A stretch of DNA of 64,000 nt. It comes from Neoechinorhynchus agilis (taxonomy: Eukaryota > Animalia > Acanthocephala). Shown piece after piece: positions 61,601-64,000 of this stretch. Location: positions 9,960,784-10,024,783 of the forward strand of contig CM121341.1 of assembly GCA_051530055.1 (NCBI GenBank), written 5' to 3'. Each line of letters begins with the position of its first letter. The stretch's first letter is position 1. The position numbers were made by a program, and so were the translations under genes. The notes under the pieces are model-generated. The model saw nothing but the letters and a program-made list of their open reading frames with translations, did not search any database and was not told the origin of the DNA.

Positions 61601-63300
61601 ATAATATTTTGAATGAGTAAACAAAATTATTCTCGAAATAAGACTGTGGTGATCATAATTCGGGATATTTCAGTAAACAAAATTATTCTCGAAATAAGAT
61701 TGTGGTGATCATAATTCGGGATATTTCAGTAAACAAATTTTATGATAAACACAAGTTCATTTCGAGAATATTTTAATTCTATTCAATTGTTCCTTCGAAT
61801 GGATGTGTATTCTCAATGGCGAATTGTTACACTGCTCGAGTTTTATTATTGAACTCTTCATTGCGAATCTTCAAGGCCTCAGCTCGAGTGTGTAACAATT
61901 CGCCATTGAGAATAATATTTTGAATGAGTAAACAAAATTATTCTCGAAATAAGATTGTGGTGATCATAATTCGGGATATTTCAGTAAACAAATTTTATGA
62001 TAAACAAAAGTTCATTTCGATAATATTTTAATTCTATTCAATTGTTCCTTCGAATGGATGTGTATTCTCAATGGCGATTTGTAACACATTCGAGTTTTAT
62101 TATTGAAATCTTCATTGCGAATCTTCAAGGCCTCAACTCGAGTGTGTAACAATTCGCCATTGAGAATAATATTTTGAATGAGTAAACAAAATTATTCTCG
62201 AAATAAGATTGTGGTGATCATAATTCGGGATATTTCAGTAAACAAATTTTATGATAAACAAAAGTTCATTTCGAGAATATTTTAGTTCTATTCAATTGTT
62301 CCTTCGAATGGATGTGTATTCTCAATGGCGAATTGTAACACATTCGAGTTTTATTATTGAACTCTTCATTGCGAATCTTCAAGGCCTCAGCTCGAGTGTG
62401 TAACAATTCACCATCGAGAATAATATTTTGAATGAGCAAACAAAATTATTCTCGAAATAAGATTGCGGTGATCATAATTCGGGATATTTCAGTAAACGAA
62501 TTTTATGATAAACAAAAGTTCATTTCGAGAATATTTTAATTCTATTCAATTGTTCCTTCGAATGGATGTGTATTCTCAATGGCGATTTGTAACACATTCG
62601 AGTTTTATTATTCAATTCTTCATTGCGGATTTTCAAGGCCTCAACTCGAGTTCGCAACAATTCGCCATTGAGAATAATATTTTGAATGAGTAAACAAAAT
62701 TATTCTCGAAATAAGATTGTGGTGATCATAATTCGGGATATTTCAGTAAACAAATTTTATGATAAACACAAATTCATTTCGAGAATATTTTAATTCTATT
62801 CAATTGTTCCTTCGAATGAATGTGTATTCTCAATGGCGAATTGTTACACTGCTCGAGTTTTATTATTGAAATCTTCATTGCGAATCTTCAATGCCTCAGC
62901 TCGAGTGTGTAACAATTCGCCATTGAGAATAATATTTTGAATGAGTAAACAAAATTATTCTCGAAATAAGATTGTGGTGATCATAATTCTTGATATTTCA
63001 GTAAACAAATTTTATGATAAACACAAATTCATTTCGACAATATTTTTAATGAGTCTAAAATATGAAATATTCCAGAAATTTATTTGTGGAGATCATAATG
63101 CCAGATATTTGAGTGGAATATTTATATCTTCTATTATGATCATCAAAAGTTCATTTCGAGAATATTTTGAACGAGTCCAAAAGCCTAAGATCAAAAATAT
63201 TTCCGAAATGAATTTGATGTGATTATAATGCCGGATATTTTCGGTAAACAAATTTTTGTCCAGGATTATGATAAAAAAGTTTATTTCGATAATATTTTGA
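58621..63300. repeat. Satellite array of about 16 units of ~254 bp, each with an internal ~30-bp inverted repeat, bracketed by ~175-bp direct repeats
   Basis: Unit starts at 59279, 59532, 59787, 60041 and 60296 (spacing 253-255). Each unit contains tattctcaatggcgaattgttacac...gtgtaacaattcgccattgagaata. Flanks 58621-58795 and 63133-63300 match each other. Confidence 0.95.
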
Positions 63301-64000
63301 ATATGTCAATTTTATGTTTTTTAGAACATTTTTTCCTCGGCCTATTTTCATTTTAAGCATACATCGGTTTGACTGTAGCCGAAAAAGTCAAAAACGCTGA
63401 ATCAATGGAACCGGTTTACCGGCAAACATTAAAGAGTTAATTTAAGGCTAACAGTAAAAGGAAATGGAATGAACCTAACTGGAAAACTAATTTTTTTAGA
63501 TGGAACTTTTTATTCTATGAACGTGATTGAAAAATCGCCAGCTTCATGTATGATTCAGATGTGTGTGTGTGTGTGTTTTTATCTTGTTGTGTACCAACAG
63601 CTCTACTTGAATCGATTTTCTTTTATGATGCTACTGAATAAAAGTCTTAAATGCTCTTAGATCAAATCGAGATGTGAGGTAAGAAACATCGCATCGTTTC
63701 CTAAGAAACACTAACCTGTTGAATCCAAGCCGAATGTTGACAATCACTACGAATCCAAAATTTAGTTGATGTTTTCATACCGTTGATTATCACACTAGTT
63801 TAGGCATTAGTCGGTTGTTAGCGCATCTTCCCAAAGCCATTTAAGGATCTCTTCGATGTACAAAGACTAAAGTAATCCATATCCGAGAAGACTTTCCACT
63901 CTTCGAGTTTTTATTGTGAACACCACCAAGCCTAAATGAACAACCAAAATTTTCCACCAGTAAATGGCAATATATCTCGTGCCACGAAACGGAAGCGGAT

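Noticed and set aside
58800-63050. Regular repeats with palindromes resembling a CRISPR array
   Set aside because: Whole ~254-bp units are near-identical, with no unique spacers and no cas genes. The context is eukaryotic, so this is a satellite.
63300-64000. AT-rich tail with short ORFs and a (TG)n run
   Set aside because: No recognisable coding or structural feature.

Overview
Eukaryotic (animal) genomic DNA, AT-rich, with short introns of about 43-63 nt. The species cannot be identified from sequence alone. The window has three zones. (1) About 1-50.5 kb is a dense, nested graveyard of retroelements: two Penelope-like elements, several CRE-like RLE LINE copies, CR1/L2- and I/Jockey-type LINEs, four or more Ty3/Gypsy families with very short (~90-140 bp) LTRs, and a FLYWCH-MULE remnant. 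It is interleaved with RNA-virus-derived fragments recognised by manual translation: a Mononegavirales-like L protein (1-620), a picorna-like RdRp (780-1640), and a segmented negative-strand (bunya-like) L protein split by a Gypsy insertion (20700-25612). Four long intronless orphan ORFs or ORF sets also lie here (30616, 39654, 43545-46800, 46947). All viral and virus-like pieces are on the + strand, which suggests a uni-strand piRNA-cluster-like 'viral archive' (inference). (2) About 50.6-58.5 kb holds host genes: an Arl2/Arl3-like GTPase (-), a tryptophan-hydroxylase-like gene (+) and two orphan ORFs. Its introns carry fold-back elements and hammerhead-ribozyme-like motifs. (3) About 58.6-63.3 kb is a ~254-bp satellite in which each unit contains a hairpin. 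Minimal Penelope-type hammerhead motifs recur across the window. All assignments come from motif recognition by eye; no database searches were run, and most boundaries are approximate.
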